Shown: positions 25,190 through 38,045 of the stretch, one piece after another | How the letters are laid out: each line of letters begins with the position of its first letter | Position numbering within the stretch: position 1 is the stretch's first letter | Source of the DNA: Vicugna vicugna | Lineage: Eukaryota | Direction of reading: 5' to 3' | Assembly: GCA_013265495.1 (NCBI GenBank) | Contig: MU063673.1 | Coordinates: 8,019,694-8,083,693 of the forward strand | DNA length: 64,000 nt | The notes under the pieces: model-generated | Told to the model about the DNA's origin: nothing | Seen by the model: the letters and a program-made list of their open reading frames with translations, nothing else | Database searches by the model: none | Program-made: the position numbers and the translations under genes

Positions 25190-25545
25190 ACCTTTTGGCA
25201 GCATGGTAGGGTTGCCCTTGCTGGCTTCATAGGTCTGAGCAGACCACATAATGAAATCTAGCCAGCAAATCATGAAAGTGAAAATGATGTCCATCACTTC
25301 CAGACCAAGCATGTAACTACCAGTTCAAAACACTGGACCTCTCTCTCTCTCTGGCATGGTACCAGCATCATTCAAGATGGTGGCTCTTGTATGCATCTGG
25401 GTCTCAGAATATGGTAGCAGGGAATGGACTGCCTGCTAAGTCAGGGTGGACCTGGAGCCTGGGTGAGAAATAGTCCTTTGTTTCTGTAAGGGGCTGAGAT
25501 TTGGGAGTAGTTTTTGTAACATAGCCTGGCCTATCTGACTTATCC
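25190..25545 (+). mobile_element. Old MaLR LTR (MLT1J-like)
   Basis: AAGTGAAAATGATGTCCATCACTTCCAGACCAAGCAT...GGGTGAGAAATA...GCTGAGATTTGGGAG...GTAACATAGCC. Confidence 0.7.
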
Positions 25546-25559
25546 TCACATTTTCTAGG

Positions 25560-25675
25560 CACTCATTCATTCAACATTAGGCATCTCTTTGTTTAGTACC
25601 TACTACCTGACAAATACTTGGGTTATCACAGTGAACAAAACAAAAATCTCTACCCCTGTGGAAATAGAGGGTTTG
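25560..25675 (-). mobile_element. L2 3' end
   Basis: CATTCATTCAACA...AGTACCTACTA...CAGTGAACAAAACAAAAATCTCT. Confidence 0.65.
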
Positions 25676-25779
25676 ACATTTAACATAATGGCCACATCAG
25701 GCCTGTACCCTTCCAAGTACAGTGTGGCAGACAGAGGGTAGCACATTCAGGCCGAGGGTCTCTAGATGTGTGATCATCA

Positions 25780-25910
25780 GTGAGCATATCAGAGATCGTC
25801 CAGGCTGCAAGTAGGAGGGCCAGGGTTTAAGTGCTAGCTTTGCCGCTTGCCTGCTGTGTGACTTTGGGCTGACCACTTTACCTCTCTGGGCCTTTATTTC
25901 CTTTACCCCT
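25780..25910 (+). mobile_element. MIR SINE fragment
   Basis: GCTGTGTGACTTTGGGC...CTTTACCTCTCTGGGCCTTTATTTCC. Confidence 0.6.
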
Positions 25911-26199
25911 TTCCACTCATGCTTAAGTCCATTCCATGCCACCCATACCAGTGGTCATACTTCCAGAAACAGGATCCTCACCACTTCCCAAGGCAGTGCT
26001 AACATCTCTGAGCGCCTGTATCTGCTTGACTGTTTTCCCTCTGAAGCTCACAAGCTCTACAAGCCTAGAGACACCAAATTACATCTTGTGGTGAAACCCC
26101 CAAGGCCGGAATTTGCAGTAAACCCATTTTTTACTGAGCTGCTATTCTGCGCCAAGCCCTGCCGTGGACTAGACACTCTGGCGCTTAGAGGAAACGTAT

Positions 26200-26520
26200 A
26201 CACAATGGCCCTGAACTTCAAGTTCAAGTAGACAGATAAGAATGGCAGGTAGGCACCAGAGCAGGACATACTGTGCTAAATAGTGGGTCAGAGTGAGGGG
26301 AAAGGGAGAGGTAGTGGGGATGAGGGTGATCACGGAGGGCTTCATGGAGGACAATGGACTTTTGCCCGGCTTGGAAGGATGTAGATTCCAGGTAGGTGAG
26401 GGCATCCGGGAGAGACACATCAGACCGAGAGAACAACCTTCGGGAAAGTGTGGAGAGTATGAGTGAGTATGAGTGTGTGCACTGTGGGAGCAGAATGAGG
26501 TCTCACTTGGCAAGAACAGA
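26200..26520 (-). mobile_element. L2 LINE remnant
   Basis: GATCACGGAGGGCTTCATGGAGGA...TTGGAAGGATG antisense L2 motif. Confidence 0.55.
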
Positions 26521-26874
26521 GAATTGGAGTGAAGACCAGATTCTGACCAGCACCTTGTAAACAGTTATTAGAAGAGTCCACTGATAGAATTTGGAAAGAT
26601 GGAACACCAGCTGTCCACACTGTCTAGGTATTTACTGAAGGATTTCTTCATTTCCTTTTCAGTCAAAAAGGCCTCATATACCTGAAAACAAGAGCTTTCC
26701 CAATGGGACTCTGTTTACAGTTTTTATTTAATTAATAATAGCTCTCTGATAAAATCAGCAAAAAATTCTGATTGATAAAAGTGAGATTTGTTTTTATTGA
26801 ACTTGTAATACCCAATTAAATATGCAAACATAGTATAAATTTTATAACAATACAAATGCCTGAATTTCATATGT

Positions 26875-27075
26875 TTTGTGTTAGAGTGTAGAGGACTTAC
26901 AGTGTTGTGTTAGTTTCGGGTATACAGCAAAGTGATTCAGTATTTTTATACTTTACAAAATGATCACCATGGTAAGTCTGGTTTCCAGCTCTCACCATAC
27001 AAAGTTACTCTGATATTACTGACTGTATTTCCTGTGCTGTACATTACAGCCCCATGACTTTTTAATTTTATACTT
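26875..27075 (-). mobile_element. Short L1 3' tail
   Basis: TTACAGTGTTGTGTTAGTTTCGGGTATACAGCAAAGTGATTCAGT...ACTATATTCCC-like motif (GACTGTATTTCCTGTGCTGTAC). Confidence 0.85.
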
Positions 27076-27939
27076 TTATTAAATTGTAACACTTGTCCTT
27101 AAACACAATAAAAATAATTCTTATGATCTTGTCACTAACAAAATTGAAGACCAGAAAAAAATTAGCAATAGCTATCAGATTTTCAAATTCCAGGTGTTCC
27201 TCCCCGGACACTCCTCATGTGGATGGTAGATGCTGTCACATCGGTGGAAACGGGTCGATGGAAGGCCTGCATGGGCAAGCAGGGTGAGGCTTACGCCTGC
27301 CTTCGCGCTGTAGAAGGGAAGTCGGAGGAGGGAAATATGAAATGGGACACCACTGCCAAATGGGTTCCCGTCTTCCTCTAAGTGATGGGTTTCTTCTGCC
27401 TTTCAATGAGAATGTCTTTCCCTGGGGCACATATGGTACATGCACAGTCCAGGCTCATGACACAAACTCCCAAAAAACGTGGGGAATGACAGTGGGGGAC
27501 ATGGAGACACATGCTTAAGCCGCCCCTGCTCTGCCCCTCAGCTGACCTCCTAAGTAATTCCATCTCTTGGTGGCAGTGAGGGAGTTTCAAGTCACCACAG
27601 AAAAAGTCAAGTGAAAACTAGACTCATGAATGTTGTACTTGGTAAAAAAGAAAAAAAGAAGATATGTGAAAAAATGAATGCTGTGTTCAAAATGTAAGTT
27701 AGTTGGGGCAGAGGAGTTGTTTTCCTGCGGTGTAAGGGGAAGTGGTTAATGAACTTCTTGAATCCAAGGCAATCATTTTTGAAATGCCAAGGAGGGTGGG
27801 GGCAGAGTCAGAGACGGAAGAAAAATTAGTGTGCTATTTCTATAAATGGAAAGGGGGAATTTTGGCTAATTACCTTTTGGAAAATTAAGGTTATCATTCA
27901 AAATTATGTCCTGACTTTTCCGTAGGTCTTGATGGTTTT

Positions 27940-28120
27940 CAAAACACATTTAGAGCCAATATTTTATTTGATTCCCACAACGACCCTGGGAGGTAGGCAG
28001 AGAGGATTTTTTTTTTTTAATATTTACTTGACAGATGAGAAGTTAGAGGACTTAATCCAAGATTACACAGCTAAAAAGCAGTAAAGTCAGGGCTTTGCAA
28101 GCTCAGTCCTAACTCTGGTC
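27940..28120 (-). mobile_element. MIR SINE
   Basis: CACAACGACCCTGGGAGGTAGG...ACAGATGAGAAGTTAGAG...CCAAGATTACACAGCTA. Confidence 0.7.
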
Positions 28121-29314
28121 TGGTCAAATCGAGAGGAAAAGCAAATCCTGGGAGTTAACAGTGGGGGCATCCAGTGCATCCCCTTATGAGAGGAGGTGTG
28201 GCAATGTGGCTTAGTGGGCAAGAGCTGATACTGCAAACAGAGATGATAATCCTGCTGCAAAAGGGCTTGTGCAGCTTTGGCCCAAACAATGTTTACAAAG
28301 TTTTTTGCAGTTTTTAACAAGATATAGAAATCAGGGCAACTCACAATGAAATCTAGGTTTCTCGCCTCTGTCTTAAAGTCAGCATATCTGGTTCCACTGG
28401 CCAGCGTTCCCGCATGGCCACAGCCAGCAGGAGCTTAGGAGCAGCTGTCCCTCTTTGCTAAACATGAGTCTCTAGTTGGCCACAGTGCTCACCACTCCCT
28501 GTCGTGCCTAGCCATGAAGACTAAGGATCCGTTTTGCCATCACAGCTGAGCTGTTACTTTTCTCCTACTCATCTGCATCACTCAGTGGATCCTGCAGCCA
28601 TTTGAACCTGTGCCCCCAGGTCTGGAGGTAGCCTCCCAGTTCGGTCAATTTCGGGCTATGTGAACATAGCAGATTACTTTCACCGGTAGCTTCCATTTCT
28701 ATTTCCATTGCAGAAAATAGGAATGATAATGGTGGTGCTATAGGGGATGTTGGGGTTTTGGGGTGTTTTTTGGTTACTTTTTTTCTTTCAACATGATTTC
28801 TTTCTTTGGAAGTTCCCATCTAATGGGGACAAGAAGACTCATTTTCCAAGCCTCGCTGGCACCTAGGGTACAAGTGAGTGACCCAGCTTCTTCCAATCAA
28901 ACAGAGGTGAACCAGACTCAGAGGGGACAGCTAGTGACCCAAAGGAACACACACATGCACACAGTTCATCTTGCAAGAGCTACATTGCATCTCTGACAGT
29001 AGCCTTGGCAGGTGTGCCAGTGGTACCATTCAAAACCCATCATTGGTGTGTTGGTGGCATGAGTTGGAAGGTGTTTGCCGATATAGGAAAGATCTGGGCT
29101 CCCTCCATTCCCTGGTTTTGAGTTAGCCATTATCACTGGTTGTGTGATGTCCAAGCCTTGTTCTCTGGTCCTCCCAGAGAAACCCTGAGCTCCTTAAGAT
29201 CCTGCAGTGCTTGTCTTTTGCCTGTTGGCTTCCAGACCCCTTCCCTTCCCTGCCCCTAGTCTGCTCTGTCTGTGTGTACAGGGCAACCATCACAAAATAC
29301 ATTCCCAAGCTCCT

Positions 29315-29820
29315 GTGTCAGCAGGTTTGTAGGGCCTAATGTTTATGCAATTTGGGAGCCCTCTTTGATAAAAGAATAATTCAAAATTATAAATAGAAAA
29401 TGCTGTGCAAAAGGGACTATTTACTTTAATGAGAGGAAAATCACAAGTTAACAAATTTTAAAAATGCACTTAGAATGAGAAAAGAAAAGGACAAATATAC
29501 ATATGTTCATGTGTGACTGAACCATTGTGCTGTACACCAGAAACTGACACAACATTGTAAATTGACTGCACTTCAATAAACATATATATAGTTTAAAAAG
29601 AAAAGAACAAATAAAAATAAAAAGCTGAAAAAATAAGATCATATTTTTGTTGAAATGTTGCAGATATCTCTCTCATACTTTTTTTCCTAGAATTTTTGAC
29701 TTCCTACTATTTGATTGCCTCTAACTATGACAGTAATTTTCTAACGAGAAAAGGAGAAATATAATTCGGTCTCTCCTCAGTCTGCTGACTGGAATTCATG
29801 TTTTCATTATTGATAATTTA
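29315..29820. mobile_element. Ancient hAT-like DNA transposon fragment, interrupted by an L1 tail
   Basis: GTAGGGCCTAATGTTTATGCAATTTGGGAGCCCTCTTT end motif followed by an AT-rich body. Confidence 0.5.
29498..29596 (+). mobile_element. About 100-nt L1 3' tail with 17-bp target-site duplication
   Basis: GCTGTACACCAGAAACTGACACAACATTGTAAATTGACT; TSD AAAGAAAAG(G/A)ACAAATA at 29481-29497 and 29597-29613. Confidence 0.9.
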
Positions 29821-30554
29821 GAAACATTTCCATTATCAGCTCATTATGAATGTGGTGATGTGCATTTTTAGGATCTTTGTCAATTGTGGGCAAGACTCTT
29901 ACCGACTTGCTTTCCTAGAAGAGCTCTAAGACTTTTCAGGCAGTTCAAGCTTCTTACGTTGTGGCCAAATGATTTGCCACCAGTGTCCTCATGTGAGGGC
30001 CTCTGAGGGCAGACCAGGGTAAGCAGCACAGCAGACAGCCGTGTTTTACTGCCGCGGCTCTGACACCGGGAGAAACCTCTTTCACCCGTCTGAATGCCAG
30101 CTGGGACACTGAAAACGCACGTGACATGTGGAAGACGCTTAGGGGCACGGGACAGTCTGATGTCGGCAGGATGTCTACGGACTGAGTGCCGCAGGCTACC
30201 TTCACTCCTATGACAACAACAACCAGACTGTACGCCGAAATAAATGTGAACTGTACACATCTATCCCATGAAACATTAACTAAGTCACCTTCCCTAGCCA
30301 GCCCCTAAACATGCCCCAGGCCATTTGAATACCACCTAGTTCAAGAGGAAGCGTAACAGAGGGGGAGGATGTAGAGAGGACAAATACGGCAGTTATCGCT
30401 GTGAGTTAAAGCAGCATATTTTTCAAATTGTGCACATATGACCATGTCCACAAGTTGCTAGGGCCTCCCTAGGGCCTTGTAAGGGGTCTTCAAGGCAAGA
30501 AGTCCTTAAGTCCCACTAACTTCCCGCTCAACCCACTTCTTGTTCTTTTTCTAA

Positions 30555-30700
30555 TATTATTTTTAAACATCTTTATTATGGTCTGATTCCTGTACAGTAA
30601 ACTACACATATTTCAGATGTACAATTTGATGACTTTTGATAGATGTCTACACCCATGAAACCACCACCACAATCAAAACAGCTAACATCTCCATCACTCT
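30555..30700 (-). mobile_element. Old L1 (L1MB/MC-like) 3' end
   Basis: TTTCAGATGTACAATTTGATGACTTTTGATAGATG...ACACCCATGAAACCACCACCACAATCAA. Confidence 0.8.
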
Positions 30701-33067
30701 CTCACAGCGCACTTCTTCCTACCTGGCTTGGCCAAAGGGATGCACAGACAAGGAAGGGGAGGGCCCGGGCCTTGGTTCACGCCACCTCGTCCCTTCATGC
30801 CCTCCGGCTTCCTGCTTGTGTTAATTTGTATCACCACCTCTTTCCATTTTCAGCTCTTGCAAAACACTGCTGACCAGTTGCTGTATTAAATTCCTTCTAC
30901 TGGCTCATCTAGAGCAGGGTGGTTTTTCTAACTGGGCCCTGATCCATACTCTTTTTCTGCCTAAAAGAATATGCTTAGACGTTTTTAATATATTTCTGAA
31001 TTTGGCTTAAAGATCTTGTCAAAACAGTTTCCTATTGTCTTCAGTAAACTTTTTCTATGTGCCACCAAGCTGAGCCCACCGGGAACCTGAGGGCCATTCT
31101 ATCCGGACAGCTTTTCTATATATTTCTATGATTCCTGTTCTATCTACTTATTGAGAGAGAGAGCGTATCATTTTTCTCCACAATTGCAGACACATGAAAC
31201 GTGACATATCCTAGTGAAAGAAAGCCTTAATTACAGGGGAGCATCTACCTTAAATCCCCTAAAATGCCCTGTGTAATACATGTAATAGGGCCAAGTTATA
31301 AAAATGCCACAGGACCTAGTGGGATTAGAACTAGGAACCGAACATGAAATTTTATTTCACTTGGAAAAGCATGCCTAGGGGAAATAATACATAATTCAGA
31401 TCTATCAGTAGAAGAGAAAAACCAGGACGGTACTGAGGCCGAGAGAGGGTTAAAATAGTAGTGAAGACAGACTTGGTGTTAGCACCAGATTTGGACGGTA
31501 GTAACTTTTTAAGAAGGTAAACGAGCCTGCCAGTTGAGGAGAGGCGGGCAAAGTTGTTAGTGGAAATGATAAAAAGAAAAGACAAGAAAAGGACAAATTG
31601 CATTGCAGACCACTGACAAGTATGACACAGATGACGTTTTGTACGTCTTTGTTTTGTTTTTTATTAAATATTGGAGGCATTTTCATGAATGGGAAAGGTT
31701 ATTATAAGGGACAGCAAAAATTATTCAAATCCTAGAATCTGAGAAGGGATCCTAGAAACTACCTGGATACCTTGGCATCAAACAGATGAAAGAATGAGGA
31801 CCAGAGAGAATAAGTAATTCACATCAGGTCCCTTCTTTCCCCCTCAGCATTGTTCTTGTGTGTGAAATTACAACTCCATGAGGGCTGACCTAGGGAAAAC
31901 TCACAACTAACCATAAGAACTTGATGATTAGCAGTGGTGTGAAAAACACAACATGTTTGCATAGGTAAGGAGACTAATATCCTCATTGAAGATATCTTCT
32001 TACAAGGGCAGCTGCCCCGTCTTGTCCTTCATGGCCTCCTGGGTGCCCACCTCCTGTCTGGCACGGAGAAGGCTTTAAATAGATGCTGAATCTTTGATTG
32101 GTGAGGGCGTGAGTGGATGGTTAGATGAATGGAAGGGCAGAGGGAGGCAGAGACAGGGGAAGGAGCGATGAAGGGAGGGAGGGCGGGTGGAACGACAGGT
32201 GAGAGACCGCGGAGGGGAAATCTGATCTGTTCTCTAACTTCCTGAGGAAGAACTGACCTTGGCAATTCTGGGCCATGCCATCTCGGATGGAACACAGCAA
32301 GGGCTTCATTTCAGGTGGCGTAAAAAGCCAGCCCCATGTTCGTGGTCGGTAGACTTGAGATTGCCAAAAGAGGTGTCCGGAAGTGTCAGTAACGGGGCTA
32401 GTAATCAGTTGCCTGAAATGACAAACCAGACCTCACTATCTATGACTAAGTGGAGGATCAGCAAACTAGCGAATGGTCTGAATTGTCGGACACAATTTTA
32501 TTGCTTTTAGATCGTTACAGGAAAATGGGATCGGGTAAGAAAATACTAACTAAAAGAGATCACTGAGGAAGACTCTTCGTTCATTGACAATAGTATGTCA
32601 GCATCATCTCAGGAATAAGTCAAAGGATGCCCCCTGCAAACTTCAGGGTGATTTTAGACAGTTCTCTGGGATAAAAACGTTCTCCCGGCACTTCTTCCCC
32701 ACTATTAATTAGATGTGCTAAACTTTTTCTTCATACCACCCAACCTCCATCTGAATTTTCACAAATTTGTAATTAGAGGAAGTCTGAGTTGATGATGTAT
32801 TTCAGGACCCCACCGTTGCTGAAGCAACGGACACCCTGTTGAATGGTTAACTGGAGATCTTGAACATATGTCATGGAGAGAAAGTTTCATTGGAGCAAAG
32901 TTTGTCTCACTGATTGTGCAATTATTAATCTGGTATATTTGTTAAACTAAAGAACAGAAAATCCGAGGAAAGTCTGCCATTCCTTTCCCCCTGTTTTCCC
33001 CTCCTGATGTATGTAGCTGAGTTCAGTCACCACCAGGCACTCAGTCCCATTCCGAGTTCACAGCCGT

Positions 33068-33424
33068 NNNNNNNNNNNNNNNNNNNNNNNNNNNNNNNNN
33101 NNNNNNNNNNNNNNNNNNNNNNNNNNNNNNNNNNNNNNNNNNNNNNNNNNNNNNNNNNNNNNNNNNNNNNNNNNNNNNNNNNNNNNNNNNNNNNNNNNNN
33201 NNNNNNNTGTCTAATGTAGNNNNNNNNNNNNNNNNNNNNNNNNNNNNNNNNNNNNNNNNNNNNNNNNNNNNNNNNNNNNNNNNNNNNNNNNNNNNNNNNN
33301 NNNNNNNNNNNNNNNNNNNNNNNNNNNNNNNNNNNNNNNNNNNNNNNNNNNNNNNNNNNNNNNNNNNNNNNNNNNNNNNNNNNNNNNNNNNNNNNNNNNN
33401 NNNNNNNNNNNNNNNNNNNNNNNN
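33068..33424. other. Two N gaps (33068-33207, 33220-33424) around a 12-nt island
   Basis: Runs of N flanking TGTCTAATGTAG. Confidence 1.
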
Positions 33425-36400
33425 AATGTATGTATAGGTAATCCATTATCTAGAACAATGACAGGGATCTGCTCAGGTCCTTATTCAAGAAGGGGCTCTT
33501 CAGGAGAAAATGCAGAGTTCTCTGGTCTTCCTGAAAAGATGATTTCCAACCAACCACGCGGCAGCTACAACAGTGCTTAGCAGAACCGTGAGGGGCGCCC
33601 CCACATTTAAACATTCTCACCTTGAGGCTCTCATGACCTACTAGACAGGGGAATTTCAGGAGGTTTTGATTTTTTCAGCACTGTCCTCGGGCAATATCCT
33701 TAATGTCCTTTTCTTTGTGTCCACTCACCAACATTGTATTTTAACTCTTGCAGTGCACAGCACTTAGAGTAACTCATAATACGTCTTTCATGATAAGCCT
33801 TTCATGAACTCCGCATTTGCAGTTGATTACCAACAAAGGAGAATTAAGGAGATCTGATTTAGCTATTAATTCTTCTTGACTACAGTACTAAAGACAGTTT
33901 CCAGTGACACATGAGGGCAATATATTTGCATGCTCAGGCCTGGAAGATGAAAGGAAATTCTTCTATGACCGATGACAGGTTTCAATTAGTGGTACAGTTC
34001 TGTCTTCCCAAAAGTGGGGTGGGGGGTGGTCAGGAGGGATAAGGGAACTGACAGGAGTTTTTCCTGACCCTCTCACCCTTGTGATACTGTGATCTCGCCC
34101 TCACAGCCCCATGGTCCCCCTGGGATACAATTTGATGACATAGGCAATTCCCACCTAATAACTAAGTCCTCAGGGAGTTATCTTAATAGCAGCCATCCAT
34201 TCGTGGGAAGGAAAACTGGTCTTTCTCCTGTGAAGTGGCCATGCTGTCCTCAGGGAAGAGGGGACCTGAGTATTTTGAACCTGGCTACCTCATCACGTGT
34301 AGGACTCTCGTAAACTCACTGCCCTACATTATCCTCAACATGTGCTGAATTTACTCCCATTCTCTCTCCCTCAGACCCAACAAGCTCATCTACCCAACCC
34401 AAACTGAGGAGGGCTCAACTCCCCTCCCACAAGCCCATGATCCAGGGGTCTTTTCCTTACACGCCTGAGATCTCAGGTCAGCACCATGCCGTGCATCCGT
34501 GCATATGGGGAAGTTTTGATTTCCTTTGCCTCAAACGGCAGATTTCAGCATTGCCTGAAAAGGGACGGGTCATGATGAGAAAGTAATCTTTCGACCAAGT
34601 GAACACTGTGTTTGCGGAGCGAGCGAGTTTTACATTCCAGAGCAGAAAAAATAATGTTTACAGTAGATTCTGCACTGTGTAGATTTCAGGCATTTATTTA
34701 CTTAGGATACACTCTCAGGCCAGTTTTTATATTATTATTATTTTGAAAAGGTGACATAGCTTGGAACTATTCACTGCAGAAAGTCAGTAGAGATATCTTG
34801 ATATCCTAACTTAATTGGGGAGGTCAAAGGCTTGTTGTATATCAGTCTATTTCTGGAACAGTGTGGTTATTTTTTCTGTAATCAGCAACTAGAAATGAAA
34901 GTGATAAGGACCATCTTTTTGCTAGTAGGTATGTTGCTTTTGGATCTTCTGTTCCGTCCATCTAGAATAGAACAAGCCAAGGGGTGCTGAGACACATCTG
35001 ACCCCAAAAAGTCCCCCAACCTCCACAACCTGCCCACCCACCCCCAGTTCCTAAATTTTAGAATTCTTTTCCACAATAAATTCTGTGTAGTCATTAGAGA
35101 CAGTCAGGATGTTTTCATAAAGACTGTTAGGGCATTTTCTTTTTTCTTCATGACTTCACTATTTTCCCTCAAAATATTGTAGTAAATTAAAATGGTTTAT
35201 AAAGTCTTACCACTGCCCCATGAGGCCTTGTTTTCTCTGCATTATGCTCACACACCAGCTTCAGTTTGAATCCTTCTCTGATCATCTTTGGGAACTGATC
35301 CCCACTGTATAATGTCGACAGAAGAGACGCTTACCAGGGCTAAAAACACACAATCTAACAGTCGGCCATTGAGGGATCTTCCTGCTCTGACTCCATGACC
35401 AATTCACCAACCCCCTACCCTGTGTCCCAACCTCTTTTCCTTCTGCCATTTCCTCATTCTGTGCTGCCTTTATATCCTTGTGTGTGAAATTATTCATCAT
35501 GTCAAATATCAACTTGATTTCTTCTAAATTCTTATGTCTTACTTCCAGCACCAAAGTACTACATAGAATCCAGGCTTCCATCTATGTGGGTCCACAGGCA
35601 GAATTACTGATGTTGACATCTCTGAAAAAAGTGCTAAAGGGGCTTTTTCTGAAACCTCGAATTTACATATATTTTTTTAAAGCAAAGATGTGATTTGGCT
35701 TCTTTCCCAGTGAACTCATCCAACTATTTCTTCTTTCAATCTTGGAGCATATAGTAAGATCCCAGGTAAAGCCTCAACGTTTATCACTTAATCCCTTCAA
35801 AATACTCTGATTTACAGAACAGAGGCTTGTACCTGGGAAATTTGGAGGTATCCACCAACATTGATATTTAAAAGTATTTTTCTCTATATCCTCCTTCAAA
35901 TTACAAGCTATTGTATAAGCCCATCAAAGGAGCTTCGGGTTTCTCTCTGGGAGCGTTGTTTTTCTAAGTGTGGTTGTCTTTGTGGAAATTGGCCTCAACT
36001 TAACCAGCAGACCTTCCCATGCTGGGCACAGTGAGCCTGGGATGAACTGAGAAACAATTATCCCTGAGCTAAACGGGACAGATGCCATGTCTGAAGTGAC
36101 ATGTGTCACGCTGAGACTTTGAGAACTTGACTAAAGGACTTTGAAACATATAGGGAAAGCCCTGGGTGTTTACGGATACAAAACAATAATGGGTCTGCTC
36201 CTTCCAAGCCAGAGGTAACTGAATATGTGTATTGTATACTGCCTTTTTTGTTTGTTTGACCAAAAAAGTTAAAATATCTAGAGATGAACTTAACAGAGAC
36301 AGATTTAAAAAATTTAAATTCTGGCATCATCCACTGTGGTTCTTGAATAACTGCAGAGATACCTCATTCTTGGGTAGGAGAGCTCAGTGCTACACATTTG

Positions 36401-36429
36401 TAACGTCTCCCCAGAAGGAGCTATGGGTT

Positions 36430-37100
36430 CAATGAGATGACTTCCAAACTGAAAAAAAAGATATTTGGAGGATGGATGTTAACTTGGTGCAATGACTCTT
36501 AAGTTTATCTGGAAAAATTAAAAGATGACAATAAGGGGGGAAAAGTTTGCAAAAAGAGGTAAGAGAAGACCTCCTTTCCATATGATAAAATGCATTATAA
36601 GCAACAGTGGTCAAAACAGTGAATTACTGGTGGAGGGGTAGCAAGTTGAGTGCAGCAGCATCTCTTCTGGAGGTCGTCCCAAGGACACAGGGAAAGTCAG
36701 CAGATGAGGTGGCCTTCCAATGAACAGCAGAAAGGTGGACTGTTTAATAAATGTCAGGGGAGAAAATAAAGCAAGCTTCCTACTTCATTTCTTCCACCAA
36801 AAAAGAAAATTCAGATAACCCCTAGAGGGATAAATGATTGTAATGGGGAAAAAAGTTGATACCACAAAGTTGTAAAAGAAATTCTGGGTGTATTTTATGC
36901 TAAAGAAGGGAGGATCTTTCTAGGAGAGACATGAAAGGCAGGAACTGTAGTGTAAGATATTGATATATCTGACTGGAAAACAAAACTAGGCTCTCATCAA
37001 AAGTCAAAGGACAAACAACAAACTAGGATAAGATATTTGCAATATATATTTCAGAGGTCTGATTTTTTACTGAGCAAAGTCATTTATATACAAATATACA
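36430..37100 (+). mobile_element. Highly degraded ancient L1 ORF2 remnant
   Basis: CTTAAGTTTATCTGGAAAAAT, GTGGTCAAAACAGTG...TACTGGT, AAGTCAAAGGACAAACAACAAACTAGGATAAGATATTTGCAA. Confidence 0.65.
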
Positions 37101-37129
37101 TATATCATTTTAATTTCTCCAGATAGACT

Positions 37130-37284
37130 TTTTTTTTAATTTTTAAAAAATGTTTGGGTTTTTTGAGGGGGAGGGTAATTAGGTTTATCTATTTATTTAT
37201 TTTTCAGTGGAGGTACTGGGGATTTGAGCCCAGGACCTCGTGCATGCTAAGCATGCACACTACCACGTGAGCTATACCCTCCCC
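37130..37284 (-). mobile_element. tRNA-Ala-derived SINE (vic-1-like) with TSD
   Basis: Minus strand GGGGAGGGTATAGCTCACGTGG...TTAGCAT...CCCCAGTACCTCCA plus AAACCTAATTACCCTCCCCC tail; TSD TCTCCAG(A/G)TAGA(C/T)T at 37116-37129 and 37285-37298. Confidence 0.92.
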
Positions 37285-37614
37285 TCTCCAGGTAGATTCT
37301 TAATAGTCATGTGCTCTGGGAGGTACACATCAAAATTTTTCCCATGCCTTTGGGACCATCTTTGACTTAATTTTCTGATCTTATTTTTATAATAATACAA
37401 GCATGCATGACTTTTATAAACAAAAACTAAAAGCTCTGTTGATAGTGTGTTTAACTTTGAACCATAAATCAATGGTTCTTAGTCACTTGATAGACAGTCT
37501 TTTTTTAAGAATCAGACGAAAGCTGTGATTTCCATCCTGTGACAAGTGCACATAAGTACAGACACCTGAAAGGCTGCATGAGTAATGAATCCCTGCTCTG
37601 GACAGTTCTTCTAA

Positions 37615-38045
37615 AGTGAGCTAGTCGCAATTATCCAGTGATGCAAAACCACCCCAAAACGCAGTGACTTAAAACACGAACCATTTTATTGCTTAAGATT
37701 CTTGGGTCAGAAATTCAGGCAGGACTGAGCAGGGACAACTTGTCTCTGCCTCAGGTGCACATGTCTGCATGTTGCTGAGATTGGAGGACCCAGGAGGGCC
37801 TCACTTCCATGTGTAAGCCTTGGTTCTGCCTGTGGGCTGGACATGTGGTCTCTGACGTTCTCGACCTCTACGCAGTGTCACTGTCACCATATTCTGTTCA
37901 TCAGAGGAAGTCACAGGGCCAGCCTGGATTCAGGGTGAGGGGAGTAGACTCACAGTGGGAAGGATGGCCCAGTCAGACTGCAGAGGACACATGGGATGGG
38001 AACGGGACTGCTGTGGCCAGCTTTGAAAACCGTCTAGCAGGATGT
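37615..38045 (-). mobile_element. Old MaLR LTR (MLT1 family)
   Basis: AAAACCACCCCAAAACGCAGTGACTTAAAACA...GGGTCAGAAATTCAGGCAGG...GAAGTCACAGGGCCAGCCTGGATTCAGGG. Confidence 0.75.

Noticed and set aside
29940-30018. AG...GTAAGC-bounded 79-nt block
   Set aside because: Short pyrimidine tract, not frame-preserving, no homology. It shows that pseudo-exons are common here, which tempers the exon findings.
30030-30065. TAVFYC reading resembling the Ig V DTAVYYC motif
   Set aside because: Isolated 6-residue match with no upstream V framework and no downstream RSS.
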